From NCBI RefSeq assembly GCF_006345805.1, contig NC_043005.1, forward strand, positions 6,510,001 through 6,574,000: a stretch of 64,000 nt of DNA, in the 5' to 3' direction. Origin of the DNA: Octopus sinensis (taxonomy: Eukaryota). Shown here one piece after another: positions 12,421 through 26,114 of the stretch. The notes beneath the pieces were generated by a model. It made no database searches and was not told the origin of the DNA. It saw nothing but the letters and a program-made list of their open reading frames with translations. Every line of letters begins with the position of its first letter. Position 1 is the first letter of the stretch. Both the position numbers and the translations under genes were made by a program.

Positions 12421-12534
12421 CCATGTTCTATTTAACCACGCCGGGTTTAACATCGCCCATCTGTCTCTCTGCTAGAGAAGCACCGGTCATACATAGAGGA
12501 ATTAACCAACCAACTAATACATCTTTATGATATT

Positions 12535-13415
12535 TTAGTATGTGGCGAGCTGGCAGAAACGTTAGCACGCCGGGCGAAAGGCTTTGTGATATTTCGTCTG
12601 CCGTTACGTTCTGAGTTCAAATTCCGCCGAGGTCGACTTTGCCTCTCATCCTTTCGGGGTCGATAAATTAAGTACCAGTTACGCACTGGGGTATATATAA
12701 TCGACTTAATCCGTTTGTCTGTCCTTGTTTGTCCCCTCTGTGTTTAGCCCCTTGTGGGTAGGTATTTCGTCTGCTGTTACGTTCCGAGTTCAAATTCAGC
12801 CGCGGTCGACTGTGCCTTTCATCTTTCCGAGATCGATAAATTAAGTACCAGTTGCGTAATGGGTCGAGCTAATTGATTGTTCCCCCTCATATATATATAT
12901 TTCTTTACTACCCACAAGGGGCTAAACATAGAGGGGACAAACAAGGACAGACAAGGGATTAAGTCGATTACATCGACCCAGTGCGAAAACTGGTACTTTA
13001 TTTATCGACCCCGAGAGGATGAAAGGCAAAGTCGACCTCGGCGGAATTTGAACTCAGAACGTAACGACAGACGAAATACCGCTAAGCATTTCGCCCGGCG
13101 CGCTAACGTTTCTGCCAGCTCGCCGCCTTCCCCCTCATATATATATATGTGTGTGTGTATGTGCGTACGTGCGTTCGTGTGTGTGCGTGCGCGGGTGCCT
13201 AGTGGTTAGGATGTTGCACTTACGATCGCCAGATCGCGGGTGCGATCTCCTGACTGGACGGCGCATTGTGTTCTTGAGCAAAACACTTCATTTCACTTTG
13301 ATCCAGTCACTCTTCGATCAGGGGAAAATGTTGGTCAGCTCACCTAGCCAGTGGCAAAAGCGCATTATGACCAGCGATGTGTAACAACATCTGATAGCCT
13401 GGTCGGTCATGTGAT

Positions 13416-13420
<5 letters not shown>
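12535..13420. mobile_element. SINE cluster: minus copy ~12535-12880, plus copy ~12900-13130, tRNA-derived SINE ~13195-13420
   Basis: Family motifs GGCGAGCTGGCAGAAACGTTAGCACGCC (rc) and its forward form. TTGTGTTCTTGAGCAAAACACTTCATTTCAC core is shared with the SINE at 4099. Confidence 0.8.
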
Positions 13421-13474
<54 letters not shown>

Positions 13475-13477
<3 letters not shown>

Positions 13478-13670
13478 CGGGAAGCTTTATGAAAATAGAC
13501 AAAAGACGAAGGCAGGTTTACGGAAATAAACAAAAGACGAAGGCAGATGGAATACAAACAAACAATTGTATTAGTATGGCGCTCAGGAAATATAAATAAA
13601 ACAAGTCTTTAACGTTTCGAGCCTACGCTCTTCAACAGAAAGATACACAGAGAAGAAACACAGAAAGTAG
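13475..13670 (-). mobile_element. Penelope-like pseudo-LTR fragment with minimal hammerhead-like motif (13606-13643)
   Basis: Near-identical to the terminal repeat at about 18900-19060 of the GIY-YIG-bearing PLE. Minus strand reads TCTTT-CTGTTGA-AGAGCGTAGGCTC-GAAA-CGTT-AAAGA. Confidence 0.65.
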
Positions 13671-13859
13671 GGGAGATGATACGTTGGATGATGATGGACC
13701 TTCCTGACGAAGACGACGTATGAGCGTTCATCTTTTTGCCGAACAACCTGTACAAATGTTTCGGTTCGTGATGCACATAAGCTCATTCCAGCCATCAAAT
13801 CGATGTTGCCTGTACAAGTGCATTTGGTACCATGTGTCAGGTGTCGAAATGATCGCAGA

Positions 13860-15030
13860 GCAACGTATTTGCGTGTGTGTGAGTATACGATGGGCTTCCC
13901 CACAGTTTCCATCCACCAAATTCACCAAGGTAACATTGGTCTGTCCGTGGCTATTGTAGAAAGTAACTTCGCAAACCACGTAGTGGCAAAACGAACTTGT
14001 TTACAACACGACCACCAAACTTTGGCTTACACTCTTCGAGGATCGATAAGTCAAGTATTAGTCAAACAATAGGTACAATTGTATCGACTATACTCGCCTA
14101 TTCTAGAAAATTGTGGCCTTTTAAGCGCTATTTGACATTTACTTCCTACACCGACGCCACACCAACAAACCACTCGTGATCTATGATTATAAACTGGATT
14201 TTCTCTTTGCATATCTACGAAATCTTGCCAACACTTGAAGTCTTCAATAAGGCGGCGAGCCGGCAGAAACGTTAGCACGCCGGGTGAAATGCTTAGCAGT
14301 ACTTTGTCTCTCTTCGTGTTCTGAGTTCAATTTCCGCCTAAGTCGACTTTGCCTTTCATCCTTTCCGGGTCGATATATGAAATCACTATTGCTTCTTATC
14401 AAAAAGAATTGAGAATTTTGTTTCGTTTGCATGAATACACTTAAACAAATATGAGACCGCTTTTCTTTTATTATCGCACAAAAGAAAACTTCACTGATCT
14501 GATCAGATGCTTATGTAAACGGCTTAAGAAATGCCGCTTCGTATTTCATGCAGTGAACAACTGTCTTCCTTCTAATATTGATTTCAAATTTTGGTATAAG
14601 GCCAGCAATTTCAAGGGGAGAGGATAAGTAGATTACATCGACCCCAGTGTTCAACTGGTACTTATTTTTATCGAGCTGGCAGAAACGTTAGCACGCCGGG
14701 CGAAATGCGTAGCCGTACTTCGTCTGCCGTTACGTTCTGAGTTCAAATTCTGCCGAGATCGACTTTGCCTTTCATCCTTTCGGGGTTGATTAAATAAGTA
14801 CTAGATACGCACTGGGGTCGATATAATCGACTTAATACCTATGTCTGTCCTTGTTTGTCCTCTCTGTGTTTAGCCCCTTATGGGTAGTAAAGAAATAGCT
14901 ACTTATTTTTATCGATCCAGAATGGATAAAAGGCAAAGTTGCCCTCGGCGGAATTTGAACTCAGAACGTAAAGACGAACGAAATGCCGCTAAGCATTTTG
15001 CCCAGCGTACTAACAATTCTTCCATCTCAC
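13860..15030. mobile_element. Further SINE fragments in both orientations
   Basis: Family motifs at about 13860-13950, 14250-14375, 14580-14880 and 14900-15030. Confidence 0.7.
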
Positions 15031-15318
15031 CGCCTTTTTGTTTCTTTCTTCAAATCATTGAGTTCAGATTATTCCAAGGAAGTTGTTGCAGCTGCTGCCG
15101 TTATTGATAATGTTGTTGAAAAAAAAAGTTATAATAAAAATCGTTGCGAGTTCGCATCAAAACATATCGTAATGGAGGAAACATTGAAATCTGTCGTCTG
15201 CCGTTTTCACAAATATGTCGCCTCATGCAGAGAACTCTCTAACCTCAGTCGGTATAATTTAGTTTCCTCACGCAGCGTTAAGTTTCCATGCGAACTTACA
15301 CCGATTTTTAACGGATTT

Positions 15319-15418
15319 NNNNNNNNNNNNNNNNNNNNNNNNNNNNNNNNNNNNNNNNNNNNNNNNNNNNNNNNNNNNNNNNNNNNNNNNNNNNNNNNNN
15401 NNNNNNNNNNNNNNNNNN
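15319..15418. other. Assembly gap (100 N)
   Basis: Run of exactly 100 N, probably a placeholder of unknown size. Confidence 0.99.
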
Positions 15419-15870
15419 TGCGAAGGAGGAAGATGAGTAGAAGAGGAAAAAGTACAAGTTAAACAATACGGGGAAGAATACATAAAAAAAAAGGTAACTA
15501 AGAAAGGGAACACAAAAGATGGGAAAATGAGATACAACTACAAGCTGCAGAAAATAGATGTAGAACAATATGTAGAAGAGAGGATGCTGAAGTATAAGTG
15601 GGAGTATAAGAAGGGGAAGAAGAAGAAGGAGGAGGAGGGGAGATGGGGAAGAGAAAAGGAAGAACAAGTAGGAAAATTAGAATAAGATGAAGAATAAATA
15701 GTAGGAGAAGTAGAAATACTAGAACTACAGGCCAAAAAAAAATAAAGAAGCAGAAAAAGTTGTAGAAGGAGATGAAGGTGACGACTATAAATTGTGTCTA
15801 TAGAAAGACATTACAGGTTAAGAAAGATATTGTCAAAGAAATACTATAAAAGGAGGTTGATTCAACTTAC

Positions 15871-15942
15871 AGAGTTGTTAAACTGGAAAGATTTCGGAAG
15901 GTTCCAGCGTCGATATTCGTTATATCATTTTCGTACAACATC
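15871..15942 (-). CDS. LRR exon 18 (T class): [23 protein letters not shown]
   Basis: cttatgtttcag / 72 nt / gtaagt. Last exon before the gap. Confidence 0.9.
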
Positions 15943-17428
15943 CTGAAACATAAGATTGAGTTAAGAATATTTATTGAACAAATTTGTGTCTAAAGAATTG
16001 GATGATGCAAGAGATGAAATGTAGATTACTATAAAGATGAACTTGATGATGATGTTGTAGATATCGTTGGGTTGGATGAGGGCAGTGATGAGTTTGATGA
16101 TGTGGAAGTGGAGAAGAAATTATTGTGGGAGTGTTGATGATGATGATATGATGCTGATCTTATCAATTTTGATCATCGTGAAAAAGATGAGGATTTGTAG
16201 TTTTGTTGTGATGATGAATATGGTATTGATGATGATGTTGACATTTAAAGGGGTTCCCAAAAAACCTACACTAATTATAGGAGTCGAACCATTCGACTAT
16301 CATAAAACACCGAGATTTACGTTTAACATTTCTCTCCCGTTGTAGCTACTAACATGGCCATATTAAGAGTAGGAAGTTTAAATTTTAGAGGCCTAGGATT
16401 GCCCTTGAAGCAGGGGTGTCTGCTCAACGACCTCGGCCCTTTAGAATTAGACAGAATTGCTCTCAGTGAGACCAGATTATTCATCATGTAAGAACTTGCC
16501 CCAAAACTCGACGACAATCAGATCTTTTCGTTTGTTACTTGACCGGGAATGGGAGGTGGGTTGATTGTTCAAGCAGCACATTTTCTGTACTTGTATACAT
16601 ATATTTATGTATACACCTGTCGATTGTTGCTGGTGTGTGCAAAATCATCGAGCATGAATGGTAATCAGCGTTGATCGAGGAGTAAACATAAGAAATAATA
16701 TAGAAAAGAATATACAGGCACAAATCGATACACTCGTGTACATTCACTCACCCTGAATGACACAGAGTCGCGTATGCACATACATACACAAAATCATATG
16801 CATTATAAGAAACTCAAACATAAACATAAACACTGATAGTCACACACACACTTACACTTGCACACACATACATTCACACAGATACATGCACACGCACTCA
16901 CATGTACACACACACCTTCCGAGATATTCACAAATAATAAATGTTCCTTTGGAAATCGACTGAGTGTATATAGTGCGTTAAGGAGAGTGAGAGAAAAATG
17001 AAAGCATGGAAAGACATTGAATGTTTAGAATTATATTGTCAATAAAAGAGAATCAAGAAACTAATTAAACTTACAGAGTCTTTAAACTGGGAAGATTTTG
17101 AAAAGATCCAACTTCAAGTTCAGTGATGTCATTATTAAACAACTCTCTGTAACAAAAAAAAATGAGCCGTAAAAACGTGTATACAGGTCCGAATGAAATG
17201 TTAAATTTATTGCCTAAATATTGAGGAACGTGACGCTGATGATGATGGTGTAATGATGATGGTGATGATGAAGAGGATAATGATGATGAAGGTGATGATG
17301 ATGATTTTCATGATGCTGATGATGATGACGATGATGATGATAATGATGATAATGATGATGATGATGTTGATGATGATGATGATAATGATGATGATGGTGT
17401 TGATGATGATGATGATGATGATGATGAT

Positions 17429-17493
<65 letters not shown>

Positions 17494-17506
17494 AATGATG
17501 ATGATG

Positions 17507-17561
<55 letters not shown>

Positions 17562-18829
17562 GGATGATGAGGATGACAGTGATGATGATAATGATGATGA
17601 TGATGGTGTTGATGATGATGATGATGATGATGATGAAGATGATGATGATCATGAAGGTGATGATGATGTTCAGGATAATGATGATGATGATGATAATGAT
17701 CATTTGTGATGGTGGTGCTGGATAAGATTATAATTTAGGGATCAAGTTTATGATGTTGACGCCGGTGGTGGTGGTATCGATGATGACGAAGATGATGACG
17801 AAGATAATGATGATGATGATGTTCAGGGTGATGATGATGGAGGCGATGGTGGTGTTTATGATTATGGTGTTGATGTCGAAAGTTATGCCAATGATGAAAA
17901 GAAGAAGAGAATGTATTAGTAGTAACTGTAGTAGTGGTAATGGTAGTACTTGTAGTAGTAGTAGTTGTATTTGTAGTAGTAGTAGAAGTAGGAAATATAC
18001 AATTGGAAGGGGGTGCCGTTGATCGTTGATAATTATTGATTTTATTCATATTCTCAGACACAAAAACACAATATACTATGTTATATAATTATATAGAAGG
18101 TATCTAGGAGAAAGAGTCCAATTAGATCACAGATGCCTGCCCCATCATATGAACCCATGCTCACATCGAAAGCGCCCTCCGTGTCGGTGTTTTTTACCCA
18201 CTTTGCATTCTCACTGAAAAGTAATGTCTTTCTAGCATGGAAGATTATATCCTTATCATTGGTACTAATTTCTATGAAGTCACTAGCGAAGATTAGGGCT
18301 TTATCTAGCAGTTCTTTAGAGATAGAGGCATAAAAATCAACAATATCGAATTGTGTAAACCTCGCTTTTTTCTTATTCTTAATAGCTTTAAACCAGTCTA
18401 CGACTTCTATACTATTGGACCATTGCACTAGCCTAGTATCGGTCTTAATTTTCGTATTTATTTTATCTAAAATTTCTTGCTAATAATCCCTAGTTCTGAC
18501 TTGGCTGGGTTGATAAGCCTACATTTAGGGTTGGAAAGGAAGTTTTCTTTGTGATCTTTAATAGTAATAAAGGCCTCTTTTTGGGGGAGGGTTTCTATTT
18601 TTTTATCTAATTTAAGTTTAGCGGCGATGACGCTAGCTTCTTTATGAATTTCGTTATATGTCTGTGCCCTAGCCTTAGTATAATTATTAATGATGCTGTT
18701 GTGTAAGAGTTGTGTGTATTTGCTGTTATCTACCAGGTATAAGTTCTTGGTTTTATCCGAAAGATTTCCACTTCGGCATCTGAAACTCAGAGTTTTATCT
18801 TGACTACCGAGTAATGTAACATATTGTAT

Positions 18830-18883
<54 letters not shown>

Positions 18884-19267
18884 ATATATATATATATAAA
18901 TAACGGGAAGCTTTATGAAAATAACAAAAGACAAGACGGTGGAAAACAAACGAACAATTGTATTAGTATGGCGCTCAGGAAATATAAATAAACAAGTCTT
19001 TAACGTTTCGAGCCTACGCTCTTCAACAGAAAGATACACAGAGAGAGAAAAACACAGAAAGAAGGAGAGAAAAAAAATGCGTGCAGTAGCTAACGAATCA
19101 ACATGGCGATCTGATTTCGGCCAGAGGTCAAAGATCAAACATGAGACGCGAGAGCGAAATAAGGGGAGATAATAGGGTTGATAAATGGGTTGAGGGACCA
19201 GCTAAAAGTGCGTGGGAGGGGTCTGGATGTGTGTATGTATAGGGTTGGTGTATGTATTAGTATGTAT

Positions 19268-19302
<35 letters not shown>

Positions 19303-20967
19303 AGAGAGTATTAGTGCGTAAGATTGGTCTGGACGTGCGTATGTATGGGGTTGGTGTATGTATTAGTATGTATTAGTATGTATTAGTACGTATTGGTATG
19401 TATAGGTATGTGTGTGTGTGTGTGAGAGAGTATAAGTGCGTATGCGGGGTCTGGACGTGTGTATGTATAGGGTTGGTGTAAGTATTAGTATGTACTAGTA
19501 TGTATTAGTATGGCACATCATATGTGATGTGATGTGTAAAGTCATGTGGTGTAGTGAGGAGAAGAGGGGGAGGGGAGAAGAGGGGGGAGAGAAGGGGAGT
19601 GGAAGAGAGGGGGAGGAGAAGGGGAAGAGAGAGAGGGGGGAGAAAGGAAGGGGAGGAGGGGGATGAAGGAGGAAAGAGGGAGAGGGGGAGAGAGGGAGTG
19701 AGGGAGCAGAGGGAAGGGGAAGAGGGAGGGAGAAAGAGGGAAGAAGGGAAGGGGAGTAGGGGTGAAAGGATGAAGGACTGAAGAAGTAGGGGTCGGGGGG
19801 AGAAAGGATAGGTGAGGAGGGGGGAGAGGGGGGTTAGATGAGGAGGGGGGGAGAGTTGAGACCAAATGGCGTATAAAGCGAAGAGAGAAGATTAATTCCT
19901 GTTCACGGCGCAAACGGGAATCCGGATGGCCTCTGTGTAAGGACAAACCGAACACAGATAGGTGTTGCAAGGAGTGACCGGTGGAGCGGAAATGGCGTGA
20001 GACCGGTGTGTCGTTCGCAAGGTGGATGTCACGAAGGTGTTCCGCGAACCGGTCAGCCAAGCGGCGTCCCGTTTGTCCGATGTACTAGGAATTGCAGAGA
20101 GAGCAAGAGATGCAATAGATAATATTGCTGGAGGTGCAGGTGAAGGAGTGGATGATGGGATAGGGTCGATGGTGGGTGCTAGTGAGGCGGGTGGTGTTGG
20201 AGAGGTAAGGGCAAGTGCGGCAACGTGGGCGGGAGCAGGGAAACGAGCCGGGTTGGGAGGTAGGGTCAGGGAAGGAGCTATGGACCAAAAGGTCTCGAAG
20301 TTTGTGGGCTCGTTTCAAAGAGGGGAGGGGTCGGTTAGGGAAGAGGTGTGAAGTGGACGGGTCGGACTGGTGATGACGGAAAGCTCGAAGAATGGTGCGT
20401 TGGAGACGTAGGGTCGTGGGGTGGTAAGTGAGGGGGAAATGGAGGCGGGAGACTACAGGGCGGGTTCGGGGAGAGAGAGCAGATACACGGTCCACGGACC
20501 GTGCTCTGGCAAGGGCGGTGTGGATGGTGGTGAGGGGGTATCCACGTAGGGTGAAGTGGTGAGCCATACGTTGAGACTGAGTCTCAAAGTCATGGTCGTC
20601 ACTACAGAGCCTACATAGACATATTATAAAATAAGAAAATGGATGAATATATTTCTTTCAATCATCAACTACTAGATAATACCAATTCCTATAATTTATT
20701 AACTAATTATTTAGGAACATCCAGATCAAACAGAATAATACAGAATAAAACAGTACACATCAATAAGTAAGATAATACCATAAGAACAATACATATAAAT
20801 ATAAAATGGATCTTAGAGCTGTTTCAGCAAGCTGGCAGTATATTGGATAAATGATATCCCATAGTGGGTTACACTGATAATCCCTATCTCACCTTGTATA
20901 TATATTTATATATATATATACACATACAGGTAAACATATATATATATACATAGATATATACATATAC

Positions 20968-21054
<87 letters not shown>

Positions 21055-22581
21055 CATATGTATTCATATATATATATATATATACACTTACACATATATA
21101 TATATATGATATACATTTTATATATACAGAAATAGAATGAAAGAGGGCGAGAAACGAATAAAGTAGAAAGAAAAGAATGACCAGAGGTAAAGAAGGAGGA
21201 AAAGAAGAAGAAGAGGAAGAAGGAGAAAAAGAAGAGAAGAAGAAGAACAAGAACAACAACAACAACAACAACAACAAAAAACAAGAAGAAGAAGAAAAAT
21301 GTGTAGTATGAAGAGCAAGTATTGAAAATGAATGAGTCGACAAAATAAACGAAATACTTTAAGAAGCCGAACTTCAAGAAGCGGGAAGAAAAGAAGCGAA
21401 ACAAGAGTATACATGTCGATAATACTTATATTCACACACACACCCTCGCACGTACACATGTACAGAGACTCACAAACAGTCACACAGTTCTATCAAAAGG
21501 GATTGAGATAAGGACGGGACGCGAAAGAAAATGGGAAGGTTTTAAATATTTAGTAATATTTTGTAAAGGAAATATTATTAACAAGTTTTATGCAACTTAC
21601 ATCACTTCTAAGCTGGTCAGATTAACGAAGGATCCTACTTGAATCTTCTCGATATTATTTTCATCCAAATGTCTGTAACAGAAAATTTTGGAAACGAGAT
21701 TTATTGGAAAATATTACGTCTGAAATGTCTATAAAATAAAATATTAGATGATTCATATTTGTTAGGTAGTATGATTTCTTGTCTGTATTTGTTAGCTTCC
21801 TTAAATACTGAGAACAGTTTATTGTTTTGCTCGTGTTTTGCCGCTATTTGCATCGGTTTTCCTTGCTTCTGAAGTAGATATTTTTGTAGTCCTATGGTGG
21901 TTATTTTATAGTAGTTTTCCAGCTGTATAAGACCTCTACCACCCTCTATACGTTGTATATATAGCCTTTCTCTGTCAGATTTTGGGTGGTGCATCCTAGA
22001 TCCTGTCATTATTTTTCTTGTTTTCCTGTCTATTTTGGTTGATTCATTTAGTGTCCAGTTAAGGATATTGTAGCTGTAACTTATAACTTGGACGGCTAAA
22101 GTGTTAATACCTATTATCTTGATTTTAGCATTGAACTCTGTTTTTAGTATTGATCTAACTCGTCTATAGTATACTTGGTTTATTTTCTCTTTCATTTGTG
22201 TGTGTTGTATCATATCTAGTTCACGGATTCCTAAATATTTGTATGTCTGACTTTAGTCTAATTCTCTTATTTCATTGGTTTTATCTAGCGTGACGTTGCT
22301 ATTCTTAACTAATTTTCCTCTCTTCAGCGTTGCATTGGAGCATTTTTCTAATCCAAATTTCATATCTGCTTCTTTCGTAAATCCATGTACTGTCTATAGT
22401 AGTGTTTCCACCTGTTTGTCATTTATGGCGTATATTTTTAGGTGATCCATTTATAAAATGTGGCTGATTGTTTTGCCGTAATATTTGTATACGCATCCAG
22501 TTCTATTTAGCATGTCAGATAGAGGTGTCAGACCCAAGCAGGAAACGAGAGGAGAGAGCGTGTCTCCCTATCATTATTATA

Positions 22582-22631
<50 letters not shown>

Positions 22632-25600
22632 ATTGTCTTATTTTTTACACGTGCTTTCACATAGAGGGCAGCTCTATGTGCTTTGGGTAAGTGCTCATAG
22701 TTTTACTTCATTGAAGCTGTTCATCTCCCTCAGCTTTTGGTATCCTTATGGCTATCTCTTCAATAGGGGCTATTGTGTCCAGGTTTGGATTGCGCTAGAT
22801 GGTTGTCGTAAAGTTGAGACCTTAGTTTAGTACTGCTTGAGCTTTGAGTTTCACAAACTTCTTAATCTGGCGTGTGTCACCATTTGAAATTCTTTCCTAG
22901 ATATTGTTGGATTGTTTTTCTATCATCATCTCTGGTTATTTTCCTAAATAATAAAGATAACCTCTCTTTGATTTCATTAATTAGTTGAATGGTTTTCCAG
23001 CTGGTAATCGATCCTGTCAGGTGGTATTAGCTTTGAGTCTCTACATCTACACAGGAAAATTTGATGGTCTGAAAGACGAGCCAGTTTTTGATGCAGTTTC
23101 CCTATGTTTCCACTGAAGTCTATTATATCGGCTCCGTACCGATTAGATAATACAGTTCTATATTTAAAAGACGAGGAAATATGTACGTTATTTACATTAT
23201 TTACATTTGACGGATATTTGTTCTCATCTTGTTTTTTGGTAACACAACCTTACGGCTGATATCCCTTCCAGCCTTCATCAAGTGCCTTGGGGAAATTTCC
23301 AACCTGGGTTCTCATTCCTAAGGCCTTTTTCGATTTTTTAATAACATCGAAACATACCTTAGGAACATGGCAAAATTTTCAACACGAATAATGTAATTCG
23401 CAATAATTAATTAGAACGGAGGACCATGAAAGTTAATCAGCGTTGATCGAGAAGTAAACATAAAGAATAATATACAAAATAAATGATAAAGAAATCGAGT
23501 CGTTTACTCGAGTATGTTCATTCATAACGAACGTCACAGACTGACACATGCGTAATAAAGCACAAAATTATATGCATTAATTATCTGAAACTCATATCAT
23601 AGACACTGATATTCACACAATCGCACACACCCTCACACACACGCAGACACACAGCCACACACACATCTTCTCAGACATTCACAAAGAATCAATGTTCCTG
23701 TGGAAATTGACTGAGTGTATATAGTGCGTTAAGAAGAGTGAGAGAAGAAAGCATAGAAAGACATTAGATGTTTAGAATCATATTGTCAATAAAAGAGAGT
23801 AAAAAAATAATGCAACTTACAGAAACTCTAAACTGGGAAGATCTAGAAAAGATCCAACTTGAAATTCCTTGATATCATTTTTACGTAACATTCTGTAACA
23901 AAAATATACAATGCCTATATAATGCCTAAAAATTTAGGAAAGCTAAGCTGATGATGACGGGGTAGATGACAATGACGATGATGATGATGATGTTACAAAG
24001 TGCCCTTCAAAAGGAAAAGATCCCAAAGTGGATTTTTCGCCAGACTTGACAGCAAAGAAAAACACATTCGCTGTCTGCGCACGATTAGTCTCGGGAAGTT
24101 TGTGAGGAGCCCATTGAGGCAATTTGCTGATTTTCCGCTGGCACTCGGTTATCGATGAATGGTTGAATGAACAAATGTAAGATTATCTGGGAGTTCCTCA
24201 ACAGATACGATGGAATTTTGTTCTACCAGTTTTGCAGAACATTCTCGTCGATCTCTGAAGATCTTCCATGACGAGGCTAGTCCTACAGGCTGTAGTCTCA
24301 GATACGGAATTGCAGTGAAATGCAAACAAAAGATGCGAAGGAGGAAGAGGAGGAGAAGAGAAACAATGAGGAGAAGAATAAATATAAAAAGGGAAATTAA
24401 AAAAAGGGAAATAAAAAAGGGAATACAAAAGAAAGGAAAATGAGATACAATTACAAGCTGCAGAAAATAGATGTAGAGAAATATGTTGAAGCGGATGATG
24501 AAGTAGAAGTGGGAGAATAAGAAGGGGTACAAGAAGGAAAAGCAGGAGAAGGGATGGGGAAGAGAAAAAGGAAGAACAAGTAGAAATATAAGAATAAGAT
24601 GGAGAATAAATAGTAGGAGAAGAGGAAGTACTAGAACTACAGGCCAAAAAAAAATAAAGAAGCAGAAAAAGTTGTAGAAGGAGATGAAGGTGACAAACTA
24701 TAAATTGTGTCTATAGAAAGACATTACAGGTTAAGAAAGATATTGTCAAAGAAATACTATAAAAGGAGGTTGATTCAACTTACAGAGTTGTTAAACTGGA
24801 AAGATTTCTGAAGGTTCCTGCTTTGATATTCGTTATATTATTTTGCTGCAATTGCCTGGAACATAACATTGAGTTAAGAATATTTATTGAACAAATTTGT
24901 GTCTAAAGAATTGGATGATGAAAGAGATGAAATGTAGATTACTATAAAGATGAACTTGATGATGATGTTGTAGATATCGTTGGGTGGGATGAGGGCAGTG
25001 ATGAGTTTGATGATGTGGAAGTGGAGAAGAAATTATTGTGGGAGTGTTGATGATGATGATATGATGCTGATCTTATTAATTTCGATATTCGTGAAAAAGA
25101 TGAGGATTTGTAGATTTTGAAGTGATGATGAATATGGTATTGATGATGATTTGGACATTTAAAGGGGTTCCCAAAAAGACCTACAATAATTATAGGAGTC
25201 GAACCATTCGACTATCATAAAACACCGAGATTTACGTTTAACTTTTCTCTCCCGTTGTAGCTACTAACATGGCCATATTAAGATTAGGAAGTTTAAATTT
25301 TAGAGGCCTAGGATGGCCCTTGACACAGGGGTGTCTGCTCAACGACATCGGCCATTTAGAATTAGACAGAATTGCTGTCAGTGAGACCAGATTATTCATC
25401 ATGTAAGAACTTGCCCCAATACTCGACGACAATCAGATCTTTTCGTTTGTTACTTGACCGGGAATGGGAGGTGGGTTGATTGTTCAAGCAGCACATTTTA
25501 TGTACGTGTATACACATATTTATGTATACACGCACCGATTGTTGCTGGGGTGTCCAAAATCATCGAACACCAGATCAGCTAGTCAACAATGTCTCAGAGA

Positions 25601-26059
25601 TACCGACAAGATCTCTGTAATAGGCCAGTGTGGAACTGTACCAGCCCATGCGTTCTTTTAGAAAGTATATTAAAAGGAGTTAAACTGAGAAAATAGGCAG
25701 TAATAGTGTAGCTTATCCAAATTTAAAAACTGTCGCCTACCCAGATCATGAGTTTGCAATATACACGACTGAGTGTATATAATGCGTTAAGGAGAGTGAG
25801 AGGAAAAAGAAAGCATGGAAAGACATTGAATGTTTAGAATTATATTATCAATGAAAGAGAATCAAAAAACTAATTAAACTTACAGAGTCTTCAAACTGGG
25901 AAGATTTTGAAAAGATCCAACTTCTAATTCCTTGATATCATTTTGATACAACTCTCTGTAATAAAAAAGTGAACCGTAAAAAAAGGTACACAGATCCGAA
26001 TGAAATAAAAAATATATTGCCTAAATATTGAGGAAAGGGACGCAGATGATAATGGTGTA

Positions 26060-26114
<55 letters not shown>

